Positions 8,193 to 15,911 of a stretch of 19,450 nt of DNA are shown here, piece by piece. Position 1 is the first letter of the stretch. Each line of letters begins with the position of its first letter. The translations under genes and the position numbers were made by a program. A model generated the notes under the pieces. It ran no database searches. It was not told the origin of the DNA and saw nothing but the letters and a program-made list of their open reading frames with translations. Origin of the DNA: an uncultured delta proteobacterium (GTDB taxonomy: Bacteria > Desulfobacterota > Binatia > Binatales > Binataceae); contig CAVXXK010000010.1 of the NCBI GenBank assembly GCA_963765675.1, forward strand, positions 1-19,450, given 5' to 3'.

Positions 8193-9582
8193 CCTCGACC
8201 CGGTCGCGGGCGCGCGCGTCGAGGAGTCCGAGCCGCGAACCGATGGCGGAGAGGCGGCGGTCGGCATTGTCCTCGCGCAGGAGGAGCCGGTACTCGGCGC
8301 GGGACGTGAACATCCGGTACGGCTCGCCGCCGATTCCACGTGTAACGAGATCATCGATCATGACGCCGATGTATGCCTGGTCGCGACGAAGGAGCATCGG
8401 AGGTTCGCCACGGACCGCTAGCGTAGCGTTAATTCCCGCTACTAAACCTTGTGCAGCAGCCTCTTCATATCCTGTCGTGCCATTGAGCTGTCCAGCAAAA
8501 TATAAGCCATTTAAGAGCTTGGTCTCTAGGCTAGAGTTCAATTGAGTAGGGTCAGAGAAATCATATTCGATCGCGTAACCGGGCCGCATTATTTCGGCAT
8601 TCTCGAGGCCTGCAATCGAATGAACCATCGCGACCTGAACGTCGAGCGGCAGGCTGGTCGACAGACCGTTGGGATAAACCTCGACGGTGTCGCGCCCCTC
8701 GGGCTCGAGGAAAATCTGATGGCGCTCCTTGTCGCGAAAACGCATCACCTTGTCCTCGACCGACGGGCAGTAGCGCGGGCCGCGGCTCTGGATCACGCCG
8801 GAGTACATCGGCGAGCGGTCGATTCCCGCTCGGATAATCTCATGGGTGCGCGCGTTGGTGTAGGTGAGATGACACGGGATCTGCGGCTGCGTGATTCGCT
8901 CGGTGCGAAACGAGAACGGGGGCGGCGGCTCGTCGCCGGGCTGAGTCTCCAGCGCGGAGTAGTCGATCGTTCGCGCGTCGAGGCGCGGGCAAGTGCCCGT
9001 CTTGAGGCGGCCGATCCGGAAACCGTGACGCCCGAGGTCGTCGCTCAGTCCCATCGCGGCGAAATCGCCCGCGCGGCCCGCGTTGTAGTTTCGCAACCCG
9101 ATATGGACGAGCCCCTTCAGGAAGGTGCCGGTCGTGAGGATCACAGTGGCGGCTTCGAAGACCTCTCCGATTTGCGATTCGACGCCGCGCACTTGCCGCC
9201 CTTCGACAATCAGGCGCTCGACGCTCGCCTGGCGAATCGTCAGGTTATCTACAGACTCGAGTACGCGCTTGCTGCGTGCGCGATAGGCAGCCTTGTCGGC
9301 CTGCGCGCGGCGCGCGCGCACGGCGGGACCTTTGCGGGTGTTGAGGAAGCGGAACTGGATTCCGGTCTCGTCGATCGCGAGGCCCATCTCGCCGCCGAGC
9401 GCGTCGATTTCGCGCACGAGGTGGCCCTTGCCGATTCCGCCGATCGCGGGATTACAGGACATCTGGCCGATATGGTCGAGGTTGAGCGTGAGCATCAGCG
9501 TGCGCGCGCCCATCCGAGCGGCGGCGAGTGCGGCTTCGATTCCGGCGTGTCCTGCGCCGACGATTATGACGTCATACTGCAT
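8119..9582 (-). CDS. mnmG: tRNA U34 carboxymethylaminomethyl modification enzyme MnmG (GidA), N-terminal ~460 aa, frameshifted near 8193
   Basis: True start likely ATG at 9582 ([14 protein letters not shown]). [67 protein letters not shown]. Repaired gene 7704-9582 gives ~625 aa. Confidence 0.95.
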   Translation of the reverse strand: MQYDVIIVGAGHAGIEAALAAARMGARTLMLTLNLDHIGQMSCNPAIGGIGKGHLVREIDALGGEMGLAIDETGIQFRFLNTRKGPAVRARRAQADKAAYRARSKRVLESVDNLTIRQASVERLIVEGRQVRGVESQIGEVFEAATVILTTGTFLKGLVHIGLRNYNAGRAGDFAAMGLSDDLGRHGFRIGRLKTGTCPRLDARTIDYSALETQPGDEPPPPFSFRTERITQPQIPCHLTYTNARTHEIIRAGIDRSPMYSGVIQSRGPRYCPSVEDKVMRFRDKERHQIFLEPEGRDTVEVYPNGLSTSLPLDVQVAMVHSIAGLENAEIMRPGYAIEYDFSDPTQLNSSLETKLLNGLYFAGQLNGTTGYEEAAAQGLVAGINATLAVRGEPPMLLRRDQAYIGVMIDDLVTRGIGGEPYRMFTSRAEYRLLLREDNADRRLSAIGSRLGLLDARARDRVEAEGRSCCGGAREARLDHRARERPR

Positions 9583-9724
9583 GGCGATGAAGGCAGGATT
9601 ATTGCGCGGCGGAGCGCCCGGCGCAAAGCGCGGAGAGTGGTGGCGATGGCGGGGATCGGCGCAGTGCGCCCTCACCCTGCGTGTCACGGCGATTGCAAAA
9701 AAGAGCAATCGCCGCGCCACGCTG

Positions 9725-9745
9725 CCCTCTCCCGGAGGGAGAGGG
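9725..9745. repeat. CCCTCTCCC-GGA-GGGAGAGGG hairpin (REP-like) between mnmE and mnmG
   Basis: Perfect 9-bp inverted repeat with a 3-nt loop; a related CCCTCACCC motif lies at ~9669. Confidence 0.55.
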
Positions 9746-9788
9746 TATCAGTAGAGGCTGACTTAAAGAGGTAACCGCCTCCAAATTA

Positions 9789-11162
9789 TTATTTGCCGAT
9801 GCAGAATTCGCGGAAGATTGCGTCGAGTATGTCCTCGCCGGTTACTTCGCCCGTGATCGCGCCAAGTGCTTCTGCCGCAGCGGTTATATCGACGGCGGAG
9901 ATCTCGGGCGGCATCCGCGCGAGCACGCTCGCGCGCGCGGCGCGCAGCGAGGAGAGCGCGCGCTCGAGGGCGTCGCGATGGCGGTCGCGCGAAATCGCAA
10001 GCCCGCTCGCGCCGTCGGGAGCGCCGAGCGAATCGACGGCGTGGGCGAGCTCGTCGCGCAAGGCGGGAAGTCCGTCGCCGGCGAGTGCCGAGATCGCAAG
10101 AATCGGCATCGCGATTCCCGCCTCGCGCAGCTCCGCGGCTCCGGAGATTTGGAGCAGGTCCGACTTGTTGAGCAACGCCACCCCGGCGCGGCCGGCGCAT
10201 AGCCGGGCGACGGCCAGGTCTTCATCGTCGAGTGGACCGGACGAATCGAACACCGCAATCACCAGGTCGGCGTCGCTGAGCGCGGCGCGTGAGCGCTCAA
10301 TACCCAGGCGCTCGATCTCGTCGGGGCTGGCGCGGATTCCAGCGGTATCGAGCAGGGTTATCGCGTGGGCGCCGAGCTGGACGACGTCTTCGATCACGTC
10401 GCGGGTGGTGCCGGGAATCGCGGTGACGATAGCGCGGTCAGTGCCGAGCATCAGGTTCAGCAGGCTTGATTTACCGACGTTGGGCTTGCCGATAATCGCA
10501 GCTCGCGCGCCTTCGCGGACCACTCTGCCACGCGAAAAAGAGTCGTGCAAAACGGCAACATCGCCGATCAAGCGCTCGATCTCCTCGGCCATCACGTGAC
10601 GCGAGGGCATCGCGATATCCTCGTCGGAGAAATCGATCTCGACTTCGAGATGCGCCCGGATGTTGACGATTTTCTTTCGTAATTCCTTTACTTTCTTCGA
10701 CAAATTACCCGAAAGCTGAGCAAGCGCCTGTCTGAGACCGGACTCGCTGCGAGCGGAAATCAGATCAGCGACAGCTTCCGCCTCAGCGAGATCGATCCGT
10801 TCATTCAGAAATGCACGGCGGGTAAACTCTCCCGGCTCGGCGATTCGTGCTCCGTGCGAAATTGCCACGGCGATAATTCGGCGCGTCAAGTAGCTGCCGC
10901 CATGGCAGTGCAACTCCGCAACGTCTTCTCCAGTGAAAGATTTAGGCTTTGGGAAGACGACGGCCATCGCGCGATCGAGATTTACTCCAGTCGCGGGGTC
11001 GATGACGTCCCCGATGACCAGCTCGCGGGGATTGCCCTCGTGCGCAGGCCGCCAAATCGCGCGGAGGATTTCGAACGCTCGCGGGCCGGAGAGCCGGATG
11101 ATCGCGACGGCGCCGATTCCCGGCGCGGTCGCGGGAGCGACGATTGTATCGGGCAGGTACAT
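9789..11162 (-). CDS. mnmE: tRNA modification GTPase MnmE (TrmE)
   Basis: DTIVAPATAPG, SFTGEDVAELHCHGG, GEFTRRAFLN, GKPNVGKSS, GTTRD, DTAG, NKSD and C-terminal FCIGK. Confidence 0.98.
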   Translation of the reverse strand: MYLPDTIVAPATAPGIGAVAIIRLSGPRAFEILRAIWRPAHEGNPRELVIGDVIDPATGVNLDRAMAVVFPKPKSFTGEDVAELHCHGGSYLTRRIIAVAISHGARIAEPGEFTRRAFLNERIDLAEAEAVADLISARSESGLRQALAQLSGNLSKKVKELRKKIVNIRAHLEVEIDFSDEDIAMPSRHVMAEEIERLIGDVAVLHDSFSRGRVVREGARAAIIGKPNVGKSSLLNLMLGTDRAIVTAIPGTTRDVIEDVVQLGAHAITLLDTAGIRASPDEIERLGIERSRAALSDADLVIAVFDSSGPLDDEDLAVARLCAGRAGVALLNKSDLLQISGAAELREAGIAMPILAISALAGDGLPALRDELAHAVDSLGAPDGASGLAISRDRHRDALERALSSLRAARASVLARMPPEISAVDITAAAEALGAITGEVTGEDILDAIFREFCIGK

Positions 11163-11235
11163 CGCGTCGTTAGGTTAGCATCGCGGCCGGGGATGGTACG
11201 ATGCGTGCGCGCGATATGGCATCGAAGATAAGAGA

Positions 11236-11341
11236 CACAGGCTAAAGCCTGTGACACTTCCAGGCAAAAATCTCTTAGGTGCCATGGCTTTGAGACTGTG
11301 CCAGAGACGATTTTCTTAAGTGGCACAGGCTTTAGCCTGTG
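11236..11341. repeat. REP family 1 inverted doublet upstream of the RAYT
   Basis: CACAGGCTAAAGCCTGTGACAC (11236-11257, minus orientation) and GTGGCACAGGCTTTAGCCTGTG (11320-11341, plus), with a decayed copy at ~11279-11300. Confidence 0.88.
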
Positions 11342-11390
11342 TTCTTGGAATTTCGGAAGCTGGGTATAATTCCCTGCGAGCAAGGGATTC

Positions 11391-11909
11391 ATGGGAAGGA
11401 AAGAACCTTCGGACACCGATCCTCATCACTTTCAGGAAATTGATCCCTGGAAGTCCGAAGACCTTGTCGCGAAGCACCGCAATCTGCCGCACTTCGAGGT
11501 GCCCGGAGCTACATACTTCGTAACCTTTCGGTGCCGCTCGAAGATCACGCTTCTGCCTGAGTCACGTGATCTGGTCATGGAGACAATCCGGACATGCGAC
11601 CGCACGGTCATCGAGTTGGATGCGGCCGTCGTGATGCCGGATCACGCGCACGTAATTTTCAGGCTCATTGATACCCGCACGCTCAGCCAGGTTGTTCAGC
11701 GGATCAAGGGTCGATCGGCCCGTCAGATCAATCAGGTCCTTGGGACCGAGGGTGCGGTCTGGATGGACGAGAGTTTCGACCACATCATTAGGCATGAGGC
11801 GGAGCTGGAAGAGAAAATCGAATACATCAGGCAAAATCCGGTCAAGCGAGGGCTAGCGGTGCGGCCGGAAGATTACAGGTGGTTGTTTGTGAGAGAAGAC
11901 ACAGGCTAA
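11391..11909 (+). CDS. rayT: REP-associated tyrosine transposase (RAYT, TnpA-REP; IS200/IS605 Y1 HUH family)
   Basis: RNLPHF, TYFVTFRC, VVMPDHAH (HUH), IKGRSARQIN, VWMDESFDHIIR, YIRQNPVKRGL (catalytic Tyr, NP), DYRW. REPs on both sides, no tnpB. Perfect TATAAT at 11365-11370. Confidence 0.92.
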   Translation: MGRKEPSDTDPHHFQEIDPWKSEDLVAKHRNLPHFEVPGATYFVTFRCRSKITLLPESRDLVMETIRTCDRTVIELDAAVVMPDHAHVIFRLIDTRTLSQVVQRIKGRSARQINQVLGTEGAVWMDESFDHIIRHEAELEEKIEYIRQNPVKRGLAVRPEDYRWLFVREDTG

Positions 11910-12076
11910 AGCCTGTGCCACTTAAAACAAAAATCCAAATCACTTAGAACAAAAATCTGAATCTCGGAGGTGGTAAAGGCTCCGGCTTCTGTTAAGAGGA
12001 CTTTTTCATGTGGCACAGGCTCTGGCCGTCTATAGGGGGAGGAACAGTTCCTAAGTGGCACAGGCTTTAGCCTGCG
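11900..12076. repeat. REP family 1 cluster downstream of the RAYT
   Basis: CACAGGCTAAAGCCTGTGCCAC (11900-11921, minus), decayed copies at ~11970 and ~12010, GTGGCACAGGCTTTAGCCTGCG (12055-12076, plus). Confidence 0.88.
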
Positions 12077-12208
12077 TTCTGAGGAAGCGGAATTGATCAT
12101 GAAGACGGGAAATGGATTCGTCGCTTACCTTCCTGGATTCAAAGGTTCGGACGCCCTACTGATTTTAGCGGATTCCGAGACGATCGATTGGCTGATGGCA
12201 CAGTTTGG
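12061..12208 (+). repeat. 148-bp direct repeat, copy 1 (left end L); contains short ORF 12099-12212 MKTGNGFVAYLPGFKGSDALLILADSETIDWLMAQFG
   Basis: Matches 14919-15066 with 3 substitutions by manual comparison. Confidence 0.93.
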
Positions 12209-12300
12209 GTAGCGATGGTGTGTCGTGGAGTCGGCCAACCCGCGCTGCGTGCGTAGGTAGCTCTCATACTCGTCACGCAGGAAGCCCTCATCTTGTCCTT
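12209..12300 (-). pseudogene. Fragment of a tyrosine recombinase N-terminal (SAM-like) domain
   Basis: FLRDEYESYLRTQRGLADSTTHHR resembles the YxxYLxxxRGLxxxT helix of phage/RIT-type integrases; no catalytic domain; ends at the edge of the 148-bp repeat. Confidence 0.55.
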
Positions 12301-12356
12301 TCGCAACCGCTGCTGCGCACCGCGATTGCTCAACGGGGCGATACGATTGATCGGCG

Positions 12357-12383
12357 TTGACTAGACCGACCGGTTGGTATACT
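12357..12383 (+). promoter_or_regulatory. Promoter and overlapping operator of the tetR operon
   Basis: TTGACT (12357-12362) and extended -10 TGgTATACT (12375-12383), 15-bp spacer carrying the imperfect palindrome ACCGACCGGTTGGT. Confidence 0.65.
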
Positions 12384-12395
12384 CGATCACAGACC

Positions 12396-13040
12396 ATGGC
12401 CGAAAGTCCATCACGAACGAGCATTCTTAAGACGGCCGGCGACCTGATGCTCAAGTACGGCTATGCCGCAACGTCGATCGACGACATTTGTTCCAAGGCG
12501 CGGGTAACGAAGGGGAGCCTGTACCACTTTTTTGAAACGAAGGAAGAACTCGGGCTCGCGGTCCTGAACGGATTCTACGAGCGAGGCGTCGCGCGCATGG
12601 CAAGTGGCGCATACATGGGGATGAATGACCCGTACCAGCGTCTGCTCGGTCTGTTCGACCATCTCGAGACGATTGGACCGGACCTCTGGCGCCACGGATG
12701 CCTGATGGGGAACTTCGCCTGCGAGTTCGCCGAGTCGAGCCAAACTATACGGCGCCGCGTAGCCGGGATGTTCGAAGAGCTGGTGAATAGGTTGTCGCCA
12801 ATCTTCGGGCCAATCGCGCGCGACCGAAAGGAAGCGGACGAGCTGGCGGAGCAAACGCTCATGGTGATCGAGGGTGCGGTCGTTATGGCAAGGGCGCACG
12901 ACGATCCGAGTCGCATAGCCTCAGGCGTGCGCCGCTTTCGGCGCACGATCGAGGCCCAGATCGGGAAGTCGAGAACAGCTACGGAGAAAATAAACCGAGG
13001 GCGAGCAAGTTCGCCCCTGCAACACAAGGGAGGAGAATAG
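12396..13040 (+). CDS. TetR/AcrR family transcriptional regulator (NemR-like)
   Basis: HTH GYAATSIDDIC...VTKGSLYHFFETKEEL; C-terminal GCLMGN. ATG 12396 preferred because the upstream TTG is the -35 box. Confidence 0.9.
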   Translation: MAESPSRTSILKTAGDLMLKYGYAATSIDDICSKARVTKGSLYHFFETKEELGLAVLNGFYERGVARMASGAYMGMNDPYQRLLGLFDHLETIGPDLWRHGCLMGNFACEFAESSQTIRRRVAGMFEELVNRLSPIFGPIARDRKEADELAEQTLMVIEGAVVMARAHDDPSRIASGVRRFRRTIEAQIGKSRTATEKINRGRASSPLQHKGGE

Positions 13041-13042
13041 CC

Positions 13043-13645
13043 ATGTCCGAGTCGTGGATCCTTAAAGGATCGTACTTCGAAACCTGCAACTGCGAGACCG
13101 CCTGCCCGTGTGTCTTTTTGAGCCCTCCCACCGAAGGCGATTGCACCGTGCTGGTCGCCTGGCACGTTGACGAAGGTCGCTTCGGTGAGGTCGCGCTCAA
13201 TGGCCTCAACGTGGCGCTTGCGGTCCACAGTCCGGGCCACATGGTAGAGGTTAAGTGGAAGGCGGCGCTTTACCTCGACGAACGCGCCTCCGGAGAGCAG
13301 CAAGAAGCCCTAACGAAAATCTTCAGCGGTCGGGCGGGGGGTCATCCTGGCCGTGTCGCCCAGCATATTGGCGAAGTGCTTGGGGTCAGAAGCGTACCGA
13401 TCGAGTATAAGGCGGACGGTAAGCGACGCTCAGTTCGAGTGGGCAATGTGGCGGATGCGACGATTCAAGCGATCGCGGCGCCGGCGGGCGACGCAACCGT
13501 CAGCGGTCATCCGCTGGCGCTAGCGCCCGGCTTCCCAGCGGTCGCGGCACGGTCGGAAAGGCTCCGCTACCAGGATCACGGCTATAGTTGGGAGATCTCG
13601 AAAAAGAACGGGTTCTATTCTCCGTTCCAGTACGCCAATGGGTGA
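13043..13645 (+). CDS. DUF1326 domain protein (Cys-rich, putative metal-binding)
   Basis: GSYFETCNCETACPC...PTEGDC, LYLDERASGEQQEAL; GGAGGAG RBS; family normally paired with DUF2182. Confidence 0.85.
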   Translation: MSESWILKGSYFETCNCETACPCVFLSPPTEGDCTVLVAWHVDEGRFGEVALNGLNVALAVHSPGHMVEVKWKAALYLDERASGEQQEALTKIFSGRAGGHPGRVAQHIGEVLGVRSVPIEYKADGKRRSVRVGNVADATIQAIAAPAGDATVSGHPLALAPGFPAVAARSERLRYQDHGYSWEISKKNGFYSPFQYANG

Positions 13646-14444
13646 CTCGACCCTGAAGGTGCGAGATCCAATCACTGCCCTGCTGCGCCGCGATCGCTGG
13701 GTGGTTCTGGGCGGCTTGGCCGCACTGACTCTCTTCACCGCCGTCGAAAGCCGGTCGGTCGGAGATGCGATGATGCGCACCCGATCGCCTTTGTTGTGTG
13801 TATTTCTCTCGGCCCGATGGGGACCCGCAGAGCTGGCGACAATCGCGCTGATGTGGAGCGTGATGATGGTCGCCATGATGACGCCGACCGCATCGCCGAT
13901 GGTGTTGGCGTTCGCCGGGCTTGAGCGTCGGCGTCATCATGGCGGCACCGGCGCCCCTTGGGGAACGACGAGCACTTTTCTTAGCGGATATCTGCTGGTC
14001 TGGATGGGCTTCAGCGTACTGGCGACGCTCGCCCAGTGGGGTCTTCATTCCGCAGCGATGTTATCGGCTGGCGGAATGAAGATGGCGAGCTCTTCGGTCG
14101 CCGCGGTGCTTCTGGTGAGCGCGGGAGTCTTTCAGTTCTCGTCAGCGAAATCAGCCTGCCTGAAGCATTGCCGCACACCGGTCGGCTTCCTGCTCTCCGA
14201 GTGGCGCGAGGGAATGGGCGGCGCGCTCGTGATGGGCGTTCGTCACGGGCTGTACTGCGTCGGCTGTTGCTGGCTATTGATGCTGCTTTTGTTCGTCGTC
14301 GGCGTGATGAACGCAGCGTGGTGCGCGGCGCTTGCCACTCTCGTTCTTGCAGAAAGGGTTTTGCCCGGCGGGCTGTGGCTCGCGCGCACAGTGGGTATCG
14401 TACTCGCTCTGTCAGGTGGCGCTTTGGCCGCCGGCATCTGGTAG
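13638..14444 (+). CDS. DUF2182 predicted metal-binding integral membrane protein
   Basis: MWSVMMVAMMTP, FLSGYLLVW, KSACLKHCRTP, GLYCVGCCWLLM; several hydrophobic segments; overlaps DUF1326 stop. Confidence 0.88.
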   Translation: MGDSTLKVRDPITALLRRDRWVVLGGLAALTLFTAVESRSVGDAMMRTRSPLLCVFLSARWGPAELATIALMWSVMMVAMMTPTASPMVLAFAGLERRRHHGGTGAPWGTTSTFLSGYLLVWMGFSVLATLAQWGLHSAAMLSAGGMKMASSSVAAVLLVSAGVFQFSSAKSACLKHCRTPVGFLLSEWREGMGGALVMGVRHGLYCVGCCWLLMLLLFVVGVMNAAWCAALATLVLAERVLPGGLWLARTVGIVLALSGGALAAGIW

Positions 14445-14467
14445 CGGCCACCGCCGGTGTTGTGTAA

Positions 14468-14857
14468 CGCGTCGGCCGACGGGCCGTCGGCATCCACTGA
14501 TTCTTATTCGTAGGGGCCGCTCGGGAGCCGCCCGTCTGGGAAGAGCCAAAGATAGCCGATCCGTGTAGAGCTTTCCCCTTTTGTTCATGATGGCAATTCA
14601 AACCGCGATGACGCTTCGCGTTGGCCGACGGGCCGTCGGCATCCACTGACAGAAGGGAGCTTGCGGAGACGGGCGCGTCGCGACGCGCCCCTACGAATCT
14701 GATTCTTACTCGTAGGGGCGGCTCGGGAGCCGCCCGTCTGGGAAGAGCCGAAGATAGCCGATCCGTGTAGAGCTTTCCCCTTTTGTTCACGTTGACAATT
14801 CAAACCGCGATGACGCTTCGCGTCGGCCGACGGGCCGTCGGCATCCACTGACAGAAG
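14468..14857. repeat. Mosaic (BIME-like) REP cluster of families 2 and 3 with a ~158-bp unit duplicated at 202-bp spacing
   Basis: Family 2 (minus strand GTGGATGCCGACGGCCCGTCGGCC) at 14468-14497, 14617-14646, 14819-14848; family 3 at 14510-14533, 14671-14694, 14712-14735; 14498-14655 matches 14700-14857. Confidence 0.88.
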
Positions 14858-14919
14858 CAACAGCTGGCCACAGGCAATCGGGCTCTCGGCTACATTGCGC
14901 GGGGGCGATCGAGGATGTC
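14801..14919 (+). repeat. Right-end repeat R copy 1: family 2 REP plus duplicated last 30 nt of the FAD monooxygenase gene
   Basis: 14801-14854 is identical to 17093-17146; 14890-14919 matches 17189-17218 at 28/30 (DILDRPRAM* vs DILDRLRAM*). Confidence 0.88.
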
Positions 14920-15066
14920 AGGCTTTAGCCTGTGTTCTGAGGAAGCGGAATTGATCATGAAGACGGGAAATGGATTCGTCGCTTACCTTCCTGGATTCAA
15001 AGGTTCGGACGCCCTACTGATTTTGGCGGATTCCGAGACGATCGATTGGCTGATGGCACAGTTCGG
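14919..15066 (+). repeat. 148-bp direct repeat, copy 2, beginning with a 5'-truncated family 1 REP
   Basis: Matches 12061-12208; the REP lacks its GTGGCA start. Confidence 0.93.
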
Positions 15067-15127
15067 AAGGCGGCAAAACACTAGCCTGTGGTGGTGTATT
15101 TCAGGTCGGGACCTTGCTCGAGAAGAC

Positions 15128-15853
15128 TCACTTTACGTCCAATTCCTTGAGTTTTGCCGCTGCCGTTCCGTAGTTGCCAAGATGAAAAACAGATGCTCCT
15201 GACGGAGAGAAGGTGAAATCCTCAAACGGTGCTGCGACCATCTTTTTCAGGTAATCCACCGGCGCAAGGCCGGTGGTAACGTGCAGCTCTAAATGCTCGC
15301 CGGAATGCTCCGGCACATATACCTCGATGTAGTGAATCGTCGCCTCATTAATATCCGGGGCAGCGGGAGTGGTGACGAATGCGGCCGCGGTTCCGGTCCG
15401 CACCGTGTAAGGCGCCACGGCGTCAATCAAATCCTTCTGCAGCTTCACCAATTCGGGAGTCGTCTCCACCACGATGCCCGATAAGCCTAAGCCCGGCAGC
15501 GACGGAGAGGTAAGGTAGTAATATTTGTAGGCCTTCAATTTAAAACTGGCAATATTGTAGCTTTCGAAGACTTTGCCGGCGGCGGCGTAAATCTTGTCGA
15601 GGTCCGCCGTGCGGACGTAACGCTGCAACATCGAGATGTGCGGATGATGCGTCGCGTCGAGCGAAAAGCCCTTCGGGAACACCGAGCGCAGGCGAGCGTT
15701 CACGGCTTGCGCGTGATGCACCATCGTGGCATCCGGCTCCAGCGCTATGTCGATGGCAGTGATGGGACTTGGTTGTGCCATCGCTGCGCCCCAATAGCCC
15801 AGCAACGATGCCAGGAAAACGACGATTGAGGCGGCCTTCGCGAATCTGTTCAT
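15128..15853 (-). CDS. Exported 2H-phosphoesterase / 2'-5' RNA ligase-like protein
   Basis: Signal peptide (…AAMA-QP); two HxS/T motifs, PHISM and LHVTT; GGAG RBS. Confidence 0.7.
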   Translation of the reverse strand: MNRFAKAASIVVFLASLLGYWGAAMAQPSPITAIDIALEPDATMVHHAQAVNARLRSVFPKGFSLDATHHPHISMLQRYVRTADLDKIYAAAGKVFESYNIASFKLKAYKYYYLTSPSLPGLGLSGIVVETTPELVKLQKDLIDAVAPYTVRTGTAAAFVTTPAAPDINEATIHYIEVYVPEHSGEHLELHVTTGLAPVDYLKKMVAAPFEDFTFSPSGASVFHLGNYGTAAAKLKELDVK

Positions 15854-15911
15854 GCAATGCTCCGCTTATTGGATAGGAGTAAAAACCGTCCGCGGACGTC
15901 TCGAATCGTCT

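Noticed and set aside
9245-9253. DnaA-box-like TTATCTACA in mnmG (also TTATCCACG at ~1403 and GAATCCACA at ~6924)
   Set aside because: Isolated 1-2 mismatch hits with no cluster; not enough to call oriC.
9583-9720. 46-aa N-terminal extension of MnmG in the ORF track
   Set aside because: Homology starts at [11 protein letters not shown] (9582); the extension is intergenic sequence.
8542-9774. Long antisense ORFs (410 aa here; also 1030-1839, 5368-6093, 7239-8075, 9793-10599)
   Set aside because: Shadow frames opposite well-supported genes in GC-rich DNA, with no recognisable motifs.
11236-12076. IS200/IS605 insertion sequence or CRISPR-like repeats
   Set aside because: No tnpB; many inverted copies of one hairpin plus distant solo copies fit a RAYT/REP locus better.
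14468-14857. Possible CRISPR array
   Set aside because: Sequences between repeats are duplicated rather than unique, spacing is 149-202 bp, repeats are REP-type hairpins and no cas genes are present.
14011-14860. Minus-strand ORFs with repeated peptide VDADGPSA
   Set aside because: Translations of the REP cluster and the antisense strand of DUF2182.
14915-15202. 95-aa ORF as an intact gene
   Set aside because: Starts across the fusion junction, its middle is the duplicated L segment and its end overlaps the convergent 2H gene; treated as a remnant.
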